Counted from the first letter of the stretch, positions 19,128-28,013 are shown. The stretch is 64,000 bases of DNA from Myxococcaceae bacterium (GCA_035622755.1 DASPUU010000137.1:3498-67497), one strand, 5' to 3'. Made by a program: numbers and translations. Notes: generated by a model from the letters alone, not told the origin.

Positions 19128-21049
19128 TCCTCGGGACGGCGGGCCACGTCGACCACGGCAAGACGTCGCTGGTGAAGGCGCTCACCGGCATCGATACCGA
19201 CCGGCTTCCCGAGGAGAAGCGCCGCGGCATCACCCTCGAGCTGGGCTTTGCCCACCTCGCGCTTCCCGGCGGGACGGTGGTGGGAGTGGTCGACGTCCCC
19301 GGCCACGAGCGCTTCGTCAAGGCGATGGCCGCCGGCGCCGGCGGCGTGGACCTGGTCCTGCTGGTGGTGGCCGCCGACGAGGGGGTGATGCCGCAGACGC
19401 GCGAGCACCTGGACATCTGCCAGCTGCTCGGCGTGCGCGCCGGGGTGGTGGCGCTGACCAAGGCCGACCTCCTCCCGGGGCTGGGAAGCGACTGGCGCGA
19501 GCTGCTCGAGGCCGACCTGAGCACGCTCCTCGCCGGGACGACCCTCGAGGAGGCCGAGGTGGTGGAGGTGTCCGCCCGCACCGGCGAGGGGCTCCCCCGG
19601 CTCCGGGAGGCGCTCGGCCGGGTGGCGTCCACGCTCGCCGCCCGGCCCGCCGATGGCCCTCTCTTTCTTCCGCTGGACCGGGCCTTCACCCTCAAGGGCT
19701 TCGGCACGGTGGTCACCGGCACGCTCCTCTCCGGAAGCGTCGCCCCGGAGGAGTCGGTGTCCCTGCTCCCCGGCCTCCCCGGGCCGTTCCGGGTGAGGAC
19801 CGTGCAGGTCCACGGCGCCCAGGTGCCGCGCGCCGCGGCCGGCCAGCGCACCGCCGTGAATCTGCCGTCGGTGGCGTCGGCCGACGTGAGCCGCGGCATG
19901 GTGCTCACCCGGGCCGGAGAGCTGCCCGAGACGCGGTCGCTGGACGTCGAGCTCACGCTGCTGCCGGCCGCGGAGGCGCCGCTCCCGCGGCGGCGGACGC
20001 TGCTCCTCCATCTCGGTACGGCCCAGGTCGAGGCGCGCGTGCGTCTGCTCGACGTGGACGCGCTCGCCCCGGGGGAGACGGCCCTGGCGCAGATCCGCAC
20101 CGCCGCGCCGGTGGCCGCCCTTCCCGGCCAGCGCTTCATCCTCCGCGGGCCGCGCCCGCTGCCCGGTCGAGGAGCGACGGTGGCCGGTGGCCGGGTCTTG
20201 ACGCTCGCCTCGCCGCGGCGCCGGCGCGGGGCGGCCGCGCAGCTCGAGCCGATGCGCAGCGGCGAACCCGAGGCGCGCGTGCGCTGGCTGCTCCGCCAGG
20301 CCGGCTACCGCGGGCTCGACATCCGGGAGCTCTTCGCCCGGGCGAGCCTGCCGACCAAGGCGCTGACCCGGACGCTGGAGGTGCTCTCCAGCCGCGGCGA
20401 GGCCCTCCTCGTCGACCGCGAGCGCCGGCTCCACGTCTCGGCGGAGGTCTTCCAGGGGCTCCTGGCCCGCGCCCTCTCCCTCCTCCAGGACTTCCACGAG
20501 CGTGAGCCGCTCAAGGACGGGCTCGGCCGGGAGGAGCTCCGGCAGCGTCTCTCGGCGACGCTCGAGCCGCGGCTCGGGGCGCGCATCGTCCACGAGCTGG
20601 TCGACCGGGGGCAGGCAGAGCTCGTCCCGCCGGACGGCATCCGGCTCAAGGGACGCGGCCGGAGCCTGACCCTGGGCGAGGAGGCGGCGCGCGCCAAGTC
20701 GGTCGGCGCCCTGGCCACCGCCGGGCTCGGGCCTCCGACGCTGGGCGAGCTCGGACAGAGCGTGGGGCTTCCCCCGGCCCGGGTGGCGGCGCTCCTCGAG
20801 GGCCCGGTGCGCGAGGGAACGGTGGTCAAGGTGACGGACGACCTCTACTTCCACCGGAGCGCGCTGTCCGAGCTGAGGACGCGGCTGCTCGCCCACCTCG
20901 CCGAGCACGGGGAGATCACCACCCAGGCCTTCAAGCAGCTGGTGGGACAGAGCCGGAAGTTCGTCATCCCGCTCTCGGAGTACTTCGATCGCGAGAAGGT
21001 GACCCTCCGCCTGGGCGAGCGGCGCGTGGCGCGCGGAACGCCTCGCTGA
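19124..21049 (+). CDS. selB: selenocysteine-specific translation elongation factor SelB
   Basis: [16 protein letters not shown] (G1), DVPGHERF (G3), TKADL (G4). 641 aa with winged-helix C-terminal part typical of SelB. Confidence 0.9.
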   Translation: MILGTAGHVDHGKTSLVKALTGIDTDRLPEEKRRGITLELGFAHLALPGGTVVGVVDVPGHERFVKAMAAGAGGVDLVLLVVAADEGVMPQTREHLDICQLLGVRAGVVALTKADLLPGLGSDWRELLEADLSTLLAGTTLEEAEVVEVSARTGEGLPRLREALGRVASTLAARPADGPLFLPLDRAFTLKGFGTVVTGTLLSGSVAPEESVSLLPGLPGPFRVRTVQVHGAQVPRAAAGQRTAVNLPSVASADVSRGMVLTRAGELPETRSLDVELTLLPAAEAPLPRRRTLLLHLGTAQVEARVRLLDVDALAPGETALAQIRTAAPVAALPGQRFILRGPRPLPGRGATVAGGRVLTLASPRRRRGAAAQLEPMRSGEPEARVRWLLRQAGYRGLDIRELFARASLPTKALTRTLEVLSSRGEALLVDRERRLHVSAEVFQGLLARALSLLQDFHEREPLKDGLGREELRQRLSATLEPRLGARIVHELVDRGQAELVPPDGIRLKGRGRSLTLGEEAARAKSVGALATAGLGPPTLGELGQSVGLPPARVAALLEGPVREGTVVKVTDDLYFHRSALSELRTRLLAHLAEHGEITTQAFKQLVGQSRKFVIPLSEYFDREKVTLRLGERRVARGTPR

Positions 21050-21098
21050 AGGGACCGTCCGCCGAACCGGACAGCAAGCCCGGTGAGCGGCCAGGCGT

Positions 21099-21111
21099 TG
21101 CAGAATCTGCA
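21099..21111. promoter_or_regulatory. perfect palindrome TGCAGAATCTGCA, candidate enhancer (UAS) site
   Basis: 13-bp palindrome ~100 nt upstream of the sigma-54-type -24/-12 element. Confidence 0.35.
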
Positions 21112-21206
21112 GCGCTCGAATGAAGCGCGATGAAACTCCTGCGTGTGTACGTCTTCATCCGACTCTGTAAGCGGGCGAAATGACGCACCTGTCGAATGTG
21201 GACGCG

Positions 21207-21222
21207 TGGCACGTGACTCGCT
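21207..21222 (+). promoter_or_regulatory. sigma-54 (-24/-12) type promoter candidate
   Basis: TGGCACGTGACTCGCT versus consensus TGGCACG-N4-TTGCW. The -24 half is perfect, there is one mismatch in the -12 half, and the GG-N10-GC spacing is correct. Intergenic, locally AT-richer. Confidence 0.6.
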
Positions 21223-21231
21223 ATAGAACGC

Positions 21232-21352
21232 CCCGGGCGCGAGGTTCGCCGTTCTGGGTCGGTTCCCCCCCACCGGCCCACGCGGGAGACCACGCGCTGT
21301 CTGAAGTCCCTGTGGCCCGGCGTCCCTTCGGGATTGCCGGGCTACTTTTTTT
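21232..21352 (+). ncRNA. candidate sigma-54-dependent small RNA (~120 nt; ends approximate)
   Basis: Bounded by the -24/-12 promoter and an intrinsic terminator. Internal stem-loop 21256-21279 with loop UCCCCCCC. No ORF and no downstream + strand gene. Confidence 0.45.
21315..21352 (+). terminator. intrinsic terminator (hairpin + T7)
   Basis: GCCCGGC (21315-21321) pairs with GCCGGGC (21336-21342), with an inner TCCC/GGGA stem, then TAC + TTTTTTT (21346-21352). Overlaps the stop and last codons of the convergent methyltransferase gene. Confidence 0.7.
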
Positions 21353-22091
21353 CCGGCTCCGCGCGTGCCGTGCGCGCCCAGAGGCGGAGGCCGACGGGGC
21401 GGAGCGTGCCGGCGGCGATGCGGTGCAGCTCGGCGGTGAGCACCCAGCGCGCGATGCGCGCCGCGTGCCGGGACGGCTCGAGCTGTCCAGCGATGGAGCG
21501 ATGGAGGTACGGCCCGCGGGCAGTGCCGAGGAGCTCGAAGCGGCCGGCGAGCGCGGCCCGCATCGCGCACCCCCGGTGCAGGGGTGGATCCCCGGCGTGC
21601 TCGGCCTCCCACCGCGCGAGCGGATCGTCCTCGTCCGAGCCATGCGCCACCTCCCTGCGGAGGAGGCCGGCCGCGCCGAGCAGCCCCTGGAGGTCGTACA
21701 GCCAGCGCAGGGTCTCGCGGTCCGGGGCGTCGAGGTCGAAGTCGGCGGCGGCGAGGAGGCCGCCCGGACGGAGCAGCCGCCCGGCGTTCTCCAGCGCGCG
21801 CTCGAGCGGAAACAGGTGGTGCAGCGACGCGGAGAAGACCAGCGCGTCGAAGGGAGCGTCCTCGAAGCCGAGGAAGTCCGCCTCGACGAAGCGGACGGGC
21901 GCGGCGCGCTCCGTCCCGGCCAGCGAGCGATCGACGGCGGTCACCTCGAAGCCGTCGGCGGCGAGGCGCCGGGCGAGGAGGCCGTTGCCGCAGCCGACCT
22001 CGAGCACGCGCCGGCAGCCGGAGAGGAGGGGCGCGAGGAAGCGGTGCGTCTCCTCGACCACCACTTCCGCGGGGCGCGCGTCCTCTCGCAC
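21342..22091 (-). CDS. class I SAM-dependent methyltransferase
   Basis: Motif I VLEVGCGNGLLARRLA, motif post-I EVTAVD. 249 aa. Confidence 0.8.
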   Translation of the reverse strand: MREDARPAEVVVEETHRFLAPLLSGCRRVLEVGCGNGLLARRLAADGFEVTAVDRSLAGTERAAPVRFVEADFLGFEDAPFDALVFSASLHHLFPLERALENAGRLLRPGGLLAAADFDLDAPDRETLRWLYDLQGLLGAAGLLRREVAHGSDEDDPLARWEAEHAGDPPLHRGCAMRAALAGRFELLGTARGPYLHRSIAGQLEPSRHAARIARWVLTAELHRIAAGTLRPVGLRLWARTARAEPEKK

Positions 22092-22129
22092 GCCGCCGAG
22101 GTTATCTCGTCCCTGGGTGGAGCCGGCCG

Positions 22130-23356
22130 TCAGCGGCCGAGCGCGCGGACCGCCTCGCGCCGGACCTCGGGATCGGCATCGGACGTCGCCGCGCGGAGGG
22201 CGGCCCGGGCGGCCGGCGACTCGAGGCGGGCCAGGGCCCGGGTGGCCGCCCGGCGCACCTCGCGGACGCGATCGCCGAGCGCAGCCGAGAGGGCCTGGGC
22301 GGTCCGGGGATCTCGGATCTCCCCCAGCGATTCGGACGCGGCGGCGCGCACCCGGGGGTCGGCATCCACCGTGGCCCGGACGAGCGCGTCGACGGCGCGC
22401 GCGTCTTCGAGGCCTCCCAGGGCTGCGGCGCCCTCGGCCCGCACGCGTGCGTCCGGGTCCGAGAGGCAGAGGACCAGCGCCTCGAGGGCCCGGGCGTCCT
22501 CGAGGCGAGCCAGCGCCTCCACCACCGACAGGCGGACGTCCGCGTCGGCATCCTTCATCCGGGCGAGGAGCGCCGGGGTCGTCTCGCGCTCGCCGATTTC
22601 CCCGAGCGCCTCGGCCGCCGCGGCGCGGACGCCGGCCTCGTCGCTTCCGAGCTGCTCGACCAGGACGCCGAGCGCGCGGCGATCTCCGAGGCCTCCGAGC
22701 GCGGCCACCGCCGCCCGGCGCACCCGCCCATCGACGTGCCCGGCGGCCACCAGCAGCGACGGGACGGCCCGCGCATCCCCGGTGGAGCCGAGCGCCCAGG
22801 CGGCGGTGGCGGCCACCGCAGCATCCGGGTCGCGGAGCGCGCCCTCGAGGAGCTCGCGGACGTCGGGGTCCTCGCGCTCGCCGAGCCCGAACGCCGCGGC
22901 CTGGCGCTCGCCGGGCTGGCCGGCGCGCAGCGCGGCCCGGAGCCGGGCCATGGCCTCCGGGCTCTCGGTGCGCCCGAGCAGCCCGGCGGCCATCCGGCGG
23001 ACGCAGGCGCTCGAATCTCCCAGATGCCCGGCGAGCAGCGCCACGGCGTCCGGAGCGGTGACCGGACCGGTGAGCGCTCGTTCCAGCGAGTGCGCCGCGC
23101 CGTCCTCCACCGGCGAGCCGTCCCGGCGGCCGCCGGAGAGCCCGGCCAGGACCGCGTCGGCGGCCAGCGCGCAGGCCAGCGGGTCGGAGCGGCCGAGCGC
23201 GTCGAGCAGCGGCTGGAGCTGGGCCGCCGTCGGCCCGGGCACGGTCCCGCTCCGGTGCCGCCCGGCGTGGGCGGTGATGGCCCGGGCGAGGGCCGCCGGA
23301 GGAGCCAGGAGGATGAGCCCGAGCAGGGGAAGTGCAGGGGCCAGCCGGGCGACCAT
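22130..23356 (-). CDS. secreted HEAT-repeat protein
   Basis: Start ATG 23356 overlaps the upstream stop (ATGA). Signal peptide MVARLAPALPLLGLILLAPPAALARA. Multiple PBS-lyase-type HEAT repeats (D..VR..AA.ALG...D.RA...L). C-terminal 408 aa of track ORF 22130..24982. Confidence 0.7.
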   Translation of the reverse strand: MVARLAPALPLLGLILLAPPAALARAITAHAGRHRSGTVPGPTAAQLQPLLDALGRSDPLACALAADAVLAGLSGGRRDGSPVEDGAAHSLERALTGPVTAPDAVALLAGHLGDSSACVRRMAAGLLGRTESPEAMARLRAALRAGQPGERQAAAFGLGEREDPDVRELLEGALRDPDAAVAATAAWALGSTGDARAVPSLLVAAGHVDGRVRRAAVAALGGLGDRRALGVLVEQLGSDEAGVRAAAAEALGEIGERETTPALLARMKDADADVRLSVVEALARLEDARALEALVLCLSDPDARVRAEGAAALGGLEDARAVDALVRATVDADPRVRAAASESLGEIRDPRTAQALSAALGDRVREVRRAATRALARLESPAARAALRAATSDADPEVRREAVRALGR

Positions 23357-25944
23357 CACTCCCTCTGGCCGAGCGCCTCGGCGGCGGCCCTGCGGACGGC
23401 CGGGTCCTTGCTCTGCATGGCGGCGATGAGCGCCTGGAGCGCGCCCGAGTCGCGGATGCGCGAGAGGGCCTCCACCGCCTGCTCGCGCACCTCGGCGTTC
23501 GGGTCGTCGAGGAGGGGCTTCAGCGCCGAGACGGCGGTCGCCGAGGTCGACGGGTCCTTCAGCTGCCCCAGCGCCGAGGCGGCCAGGGCGCGGACGTCCG
23601 CGTTGGCGTCGCGGGTCGCCTCGATGAGGGCCGGGACGGCCTTCGCCGAGCCGATGCGCGCCAGGGCGCGGACGGCCAGCTGGCGCACGCGCGCGTTGTC
23701 GTCCTTGAGCGCCGCGGTCAGGGCGGGGAGGGCGGAGGGGTCGCGCAGGTCGCCCAGGGCCCGGACCGCGGTGGCCCGCACCTCGGGCGAGGGATCCTTC
23801 ACCAGCGCCGACAGGGGCTGGAGGGCGCGCTTGTCCCCGCGGTGGGCGAGGCCGGCCACGGCCTCCAGCCGGACGCGCACGTCGGAGTCGCCCAGCGCCC
23901 CGACCAGAGGCTCGACCGTGGCCGGCACGTCGTCCATGCCGGCCAGCGCCTCGGCGGCCTGGCGGCGGACGCCGGGATGGGCATCCTTGAGCGCCCGCGC
24001 CAGGGCGGGGACGCTCGCCGGGTCGTCGAGCCGGGCCAGGGCCTCGATGACCGCCACGCGCACCTTGACGTCGGAATCGCCGAGCGCCGCGGCGAGGCCC
24101 TCGAGCGCTCGCGGGTCCCGGAGCCGGCCGAGCGACTGGGCCGCCGCCTGGCGGACGCCCGCGTCGGAGTCCTTGAGGGCCTTCACCAGCGCATCGACGG
24201 TGGCCGGATCGGCCGCGGCGCTCGGCTTGTGCCCGTGCCGCACGTTGACGCGGACCGCTTCCGCCTGGGCGCGCGCCGCCTCGGCCTCGGCCCGCGCGGA
24301 CTCGGCCTGCGCCAGGGCACGCTCGCGGGCGGCCTCGGCCTTTCCTTCGGCCTTGGCTCGCTCGAGCTCGGCGCGGGCCCGGGCCATCTCTGCCTGCACC
24401 TCGGCGGTGCCCTCCGCCGCCCAGGCCACCGCCACCGGGGCCGGCGGTGCTGGAGGGGCGGGCGGCGCCGCAGGAGCACGGGGTGCGACCGGCGCGACCG
24501 GGGCCGGCGGTGCTGGAGGGGCGGGCGGCGCGGCGGGCACCTCGGGGGCCGGGGGGACGGGCGCGAGCTGCGCGACGACGAGCGGCGTCGGGCCCTGCTT
24601 CTTCACCAGCGCCCAAACGTGGCGCTTCACCTCGGGATGCGAGTGCACGGGGGCTGCCACGTCCTGCGCGGCGGCGGCCGAGGCGACGGGAGCAGGGGCG
24701 GCGGCCGGCGCGGCCACCGGCGCAGGCGTGGCCCGGGCCGTCGCCGTGTCGCCGGCGAGCGCCCACTCCGCCTCGAACCAGCCGATGGCCGGCGCAGCCC
24801 GGACGCCCGGGACCAGGACGATGCACAGGAGGAGCACCAGGGCCAGCGCCCCGGCGTGCCAGGAGCGCTTGGGCTCGAGCGCGACGCTCGAGGAGAGCAG
24901 GCGCTCCACCCGCTCGACGAGCTGGCTCGGGCGCTCGGCCATCCCGGCCAGCGGGACCAGGCGCTCCTCGCCGTCGAGCCACCGGGCCACCGTCGCCAGC
25001 CCGCGGGCGATGGGCAGGCCCGAGCCGTCGCGAGTCGCGGCCCAGTCGTCGCAGAGGTACTCGGCGACCTCCTGCATGTTCCGGCGGGCGACCCGGTTCA
25101 GCGGCTGGAAGAAGAGGAGCTGCTCCAGGGTGGTCGCGAGCAGGAGCCAGAGCGGATCCCTTCGCTCCAGGTGGGCCAGCTCGTGGGCGAGGACGCTCCG
25201 CTGCTCGGCCGGGTCGAGCTCGGTGAGCACCGCCGCCGGGATGCAGATCTCCGACCAGCCCAACGCCACCGGGCTCTTGAGGCCCTCGGCGGTGGTCAAC
25301 CGGACCGGGCGCCCGGCACGGGAGTCGGTGCAGAGCCGGTCCAGGGCGGCGCGCAGGCGCTCGTCGGCCACCGGCCGGCGCAGCCCGAGCCGCTCGAGGA
25401 CCCGCGTGCGCACCACCGCCAGCCGGAGCAGCAGCACCGAGGCCACCGCCACCCAGGCCATGAAGAGCAGCGAGCTCGCCCGCACCTCCGGGATGTCCAC
25501 CGACGAGGACGCGATGGGAGCCGGCGGCGCGGTGGGAAGCGCATCCCGCTCGTCGCCGGGAAGGGCGAGCGGGGGCAGCACCGGCTCCGGCCCGGGCGTC
25601 CCGGGGACGGGCGGGATGGCCGCCGGGTCCTGCACCTCCGGCTCCCGGGAAGGCGGGGGGAGCCCGAGCGAGGGTGCCTCCGCGGCCGGGGACCGGGCGG
25701 AGTCGAGCGACAGCCCCCAGGGCGCAAGCCCGGCGGCCATCTGGATGGTGGCGGTGAACAGCGCACCGACCAGGGCCGCCCGCCAGACGAGGTCGCGCAG
25801 GCGGAGCGAGCCGAACAGGCCGCTCCTCTGGGCGAGCCAGGCTCCCCCGATGAGCGCCGTGGAGTGAAAGGCGTAGGTGAGCAGCCAGGCCGCGCCGACG
25901 GCCGAGAGCGTCTGGCCCCAGCGAACGAGGTCAGCGGTCGTCAT
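23356..25944 (-). CDS. M56-family (BlaR1/MecR1-like) membrane metalloprotease fused to coiled-coil and HEAT-repeat domain
   Basis: TM helices; HEXXH = HELAH (AHELAHLERRD) with downstream FFQPLN; further TM; Pro/Ala linker; Ala/Glu coiled coil; ~9 HEAT repeats. 862 aa. Confidence 0.8.
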   Translation of the reverse strand: MTTADLVRWGQTLSAVGAAWLLTYAFHSTALIGGAWLAQRSGLFGSLRLRDLVWRAALVGALFTATIQMAAGLAPWGLSLDSARSPAAEAPSLGLPPPSREPEVQDPAAIPPVPGTPGPEPVLPPLALPGDERDALPTAPPAPIASSSVDIPEVRASSLLFMAWVAVASVLLLRLAVVRTRVLERLGLRRPVADERLRAALDRLCTDSRAGRPVRLTTAEGLKSPVALGWSEICIPAAVLTELDPAEQRSVLAHELAHLERRDPLWLLLATTLEQLLFFQPLNRVARRNMQEVAEYLCDDWAATRDGSGLPIARGLATVARWLDGEERLVPLAGMAERPSQLVERVERLLSSSVALEPKRSWHAGALALVLLLCIVLVPGVRAAPAIGWFEAEWALAGDTATARATPAPVAAPAAAPAPVASAAAAQDVAAPVHSHPEVKRHVWALVKKQGPTPLVVAQLAPVPPAPEVPAAPPAPPAPPAPVAPVAPRAPAAPPAPPAPPAPVAVAWAAEGTAEVQAEMARARAELERAKAEGKAEAARERALAQAESARAEAEAARAQAEAVRVNVRHGHKPSAAADPATVDALVKALKDSDAGVRQAAAQSLGRLRDPRALEGLAAALGDSDVKVRVAVIEALARLDDPASVPALARALKDAHPGVRRQAAEALAGMDDVPATVEPLVGALGDSDVRVRLEAVAGLAHRGDKRALQPLSALVKDPSPEVRATAVRALGDLRDPSALPALTAALKDDNARVRQLAVRALARIGSAKAVPALIEATRDANADVRALAASALGQLKDPSTSATAVSALKPLLDDPNAEVREQAVEALSRIRDSGALQALIAAMQSKDPAVRRAAAEALGQRE
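24434..24531. repeat. in-frame direct repeat (35-nt identical core, 63-nt period) inside the M56 gene
   Basis: ACCGGGGCCGGCGGTGCTGGAGGGGCGGGCGGCGC occurs at 24434-24468 and again at 24497-24531. Encodes the duplicated AAPPAPPAPPAPVA linker. Confidence 0.85.
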
Positions 25945-26332
25945 CGGTCCCCTCCGGACCCGCCTCGGCGCGGGCGATGAGGTCGCGCACCCGGTCCAGG
26001 TCTCCAGGCCGGATGGCCTTCGGGTCGAGCAGATGGCTCATCAAGGCCGAGACGTCGCCGCCGAAGAGCGTGTCGGTCAGCCCGCTCACCATCGACGCGC
26101 GCACCTCCCCCTCGGAGACGCAGGCCCGGTAGACGTATTGCCGCGCCCGGGTGGTGTGGGTGACGGCGCGCCGCTTCTCCAGGCGGCTGAGGAGGGTGGC
26201 GACGGTGGTGGGGGCGAGCTCCCGCTCGGGGCGGAGCGCCTGGACCACCTCGGCGACCGTCGCCGTCCCCTGCTTCCAGAGGACGCGGAGGATGGCGAGC
26301 TGGAGGTCGGTGAGCTGCGTGGCTTCGGTCAT
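25931..26332 (-). CDS. BlaI/MecI/CopY-family transcriptional repressor
   Basis: Winged-helix N-terminus (LTDLQLAILRVLWKQGTATVAEVVQAL...TTVATLLSRLEKRRAV). GGAG 6 nt before ATG 26332 (track ORF extends to GTG 26359). 3' end overlaps the M56 gene start. Confidence 0.8.
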   Translation of the reverse strand: MTEATQLTDLQLAILRVLWKQGTATVAEVVQALRPERELAPTTVATLLSRLEKRRAVTHTTRARQYVYRACVSEGEVRASMVSGLTDTLFGGDVSALMSHLLDPKAIRPGDLDRVRDLIARAEAGPEGTDDDR

Positions 26333-26354
26333 GCGGGGCTCCGGGGCTGACTTC

Positions 26355-26386
26355 GACACCTGTAATACTACGACTGTAGACGTGTC
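26355..26386. promoter_or_regulatory. candidate BlaI-type operator (imperfect palindrome with TGTA/TA-A half sites)
   Basis: GACACCTGTA-N12-TAGACGTGTC (8 of 10 arm positions complementary), with inner CTAC-N4-GTAG. AT-rich island directly upstream of the repressor gene. Confidence 0.45.
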
Positions 26387-26449
26387 AAGCCACCGGCCCG
26401 CGTCCCGGGCCGAGGGAGAGACAGGGAGGGGGTGGGGGTGTTGCCGCCG

Positions 26450-28012
26450 CTACTGGGCGAAGAGCTGTCCGGCCGGGCCGAGCCAGCGGGACACCAGGGC
26501 CGGGGCGACGCCGAGGAGCACCACGGCCACGGCGGTGAGCGCCAGCGCCAGGTCGGTGCTCCAGAGCCGCTCGGGGACGGCCGCCTGCTCCGGCGGCGGG
26601 CGCATGAACATGTAGACCACCACGCGGAGGTAGTAGTAGGCGCCCACCGCGCTGGTGAGCACGCCCACCACCACCAGCCCCACCAGCCCAGCGTCGACGG
26701 CGCTGCGGAAGACGAGCAGCTTGGCCATGAAGCCGACCATGGGCGGGATGCCTCCCAGGGAGAGCATGAACGCCGTCATCGCCCACGCCCAGGCCGGCCG
26801 CCGCTGGGCGAGCCCGCTGAAGCGGTCCAGGTCCCAGGCGAAGCCGCGGGTCTCGTCCTCGCGCCGCTCGAGCGCGCCCACCAGCCCGAAGGCCCCGGCC
26901 GCGGTCACCGTGTAGGCCAGCAGGTAGAAGAGGATGGAGCGCAGCACCTCCGCCTGGTCGACCCGCGCCCCGGCCACGAGCACCGTCACCCCCGGGAGCC
27001 CGGCCCGCGGCTGAGGCACGAACAGCGCCGTGACGCCGACCAGGAGGTAGCCGGCGTGGGAGATGGAGGAGTAGGCGAGCATCCGCTTCACGTTCCGCTG
27101 GGGAAGGGCGAGCAGGTTGCCCACCACCATGGTCAGGATGGCCAGCGTGGAGAAGAGGAGCACCGGAGCGGCCGGCTCGAGGCCGCGGCCGATGGGGACG
27201 AAGACCCGCACCAGCGCGGCGAAGGCGGCGGCCTTCACGCCCACGCTCATCAGCGCCGTGACCGGGGTGGGCGCCCCCTCGTACACGTCCGGAGTCCACA
27301 TGTGGAAGGGAACGGCCGCGACCTTGAAGGCCAGCCCGGCCGCCACCAGCGCCGCGCCGCAGTACACAAGGAGCCGCCTGTCCGACCCGGGATCGGCGAA
27401 GACCTGCGCCACCTCGTGCCCCATGGTGGACAGGACGGTGGTGCCGGTGGCGCCGTAGAGCAGGGCGGTGCCGTAGAGCAGCAGGGCGGAGGAGAACGCC
27501 CCGAGGATGAAGTACTTGAAGCCCGCCTCGGCCGGCCGGGGGCCCCGGCGCAGGAAGCTGGCCAGGGCGTAGGTGGCGATGCTCAGCACCTCGAGGTTCA
27601 CGAAGAGGGTGATGAGCTCGCTGGAGATGGCGAGCAGGCTCATCCCGGCGGTGCTGAACAGGGTCAGTGCGTAGAACTCGCCCCGCTCCGCCTGTCGCGA
27701 GCGCAGGAATCCGTTGGCCAGCAGCGCCGCCAGGAGGAGCCCGAGGCAGGCCACCGCGGTGAGAAAGCTTCCGAAGGGGTCGAGCACGGCGAAGCCGAGG
27801 AACACCGCCCGCGCCGGCTGGAAGGCGGAGCCGAGCGCGATGCCCCCGGCCAGGAGGGCGGCGCCGACGGTGAGCAGGGCCTGGTAGGTGCGCGAGCTGC
27901 CCGCGGAGAGGAATGCCTCGGAGACGAGGAGCAGGATGGCGGCGACGGAGAGGACCAGCGCCGGCCAGAGGGGGGTGAAGTCCGCGCCGGCGATGTTGGG
28001 CAGGGGAAGCAT
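26450..28012 (-). CDS. nuoN: NADH-quinone oxidoreductase subunit N
   Basis: 520-aa polytopic protein, antiporter-like subunit, last gene after nuoM. Typical NuoN N-terminus and length. Confidence 0.85.
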   Translation of the reverse strand: MLPLPNIAGADFTPLWPALVLSVAAILLLVSEAFLSAGSSRTYQALLTVGAALLAGGIALGSAFQPARAVFLGFAVLDPFGSFLTAVACLGLLLAALLANGFLRSRQAERGEFYALTLFSTAGMSLLAISSELITLFVNLEVLSIATYALASFLRRGPRPAEAGFKYFILGAFSSALLLYGTALLYGATGTTVLSTMGHEVAQVFADPGSDRRLLVYCGAALVAAGLAFKVAAVPFHMWTPDVYEGAPTPVTALMSVGVKAAAFAALVRVFVPIGRGLEPAAPVLLFSTLAILTMVVGNLLALPQRNVKRMLAYSSISHAGYLLVGVTALFVPQPRAGLPGVTVLVAGARVDQAEVLRSILFYLLAYTVTAAGAFGLVGALERREDETRGFAWDLDRFSGLAQRRPAWAWAMTAFMLSLGGIPPMVGFMAKLLVFRSAVDAGLVGLVVVGVLTSAVGAYYYLRVVVYMFMRPPPEQAAVPERLWSTDLALALTAVAVVLLGVAPALVSRWLGPAGQLFAQ

Positions 28013-28013
28013 G

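Noticed and set aside
21050-21341. Possible tRNA-Sec (selC) or other tRNA directly downstream of selB.
   Set aside because: No cloverleaf could be drawn. The only TCA-containing loops (cttcatc, cttcatt) have a pyrimidine at position 37 and lack flanking stems. GAGGTTCGCCG is not flanked by a T-stem.
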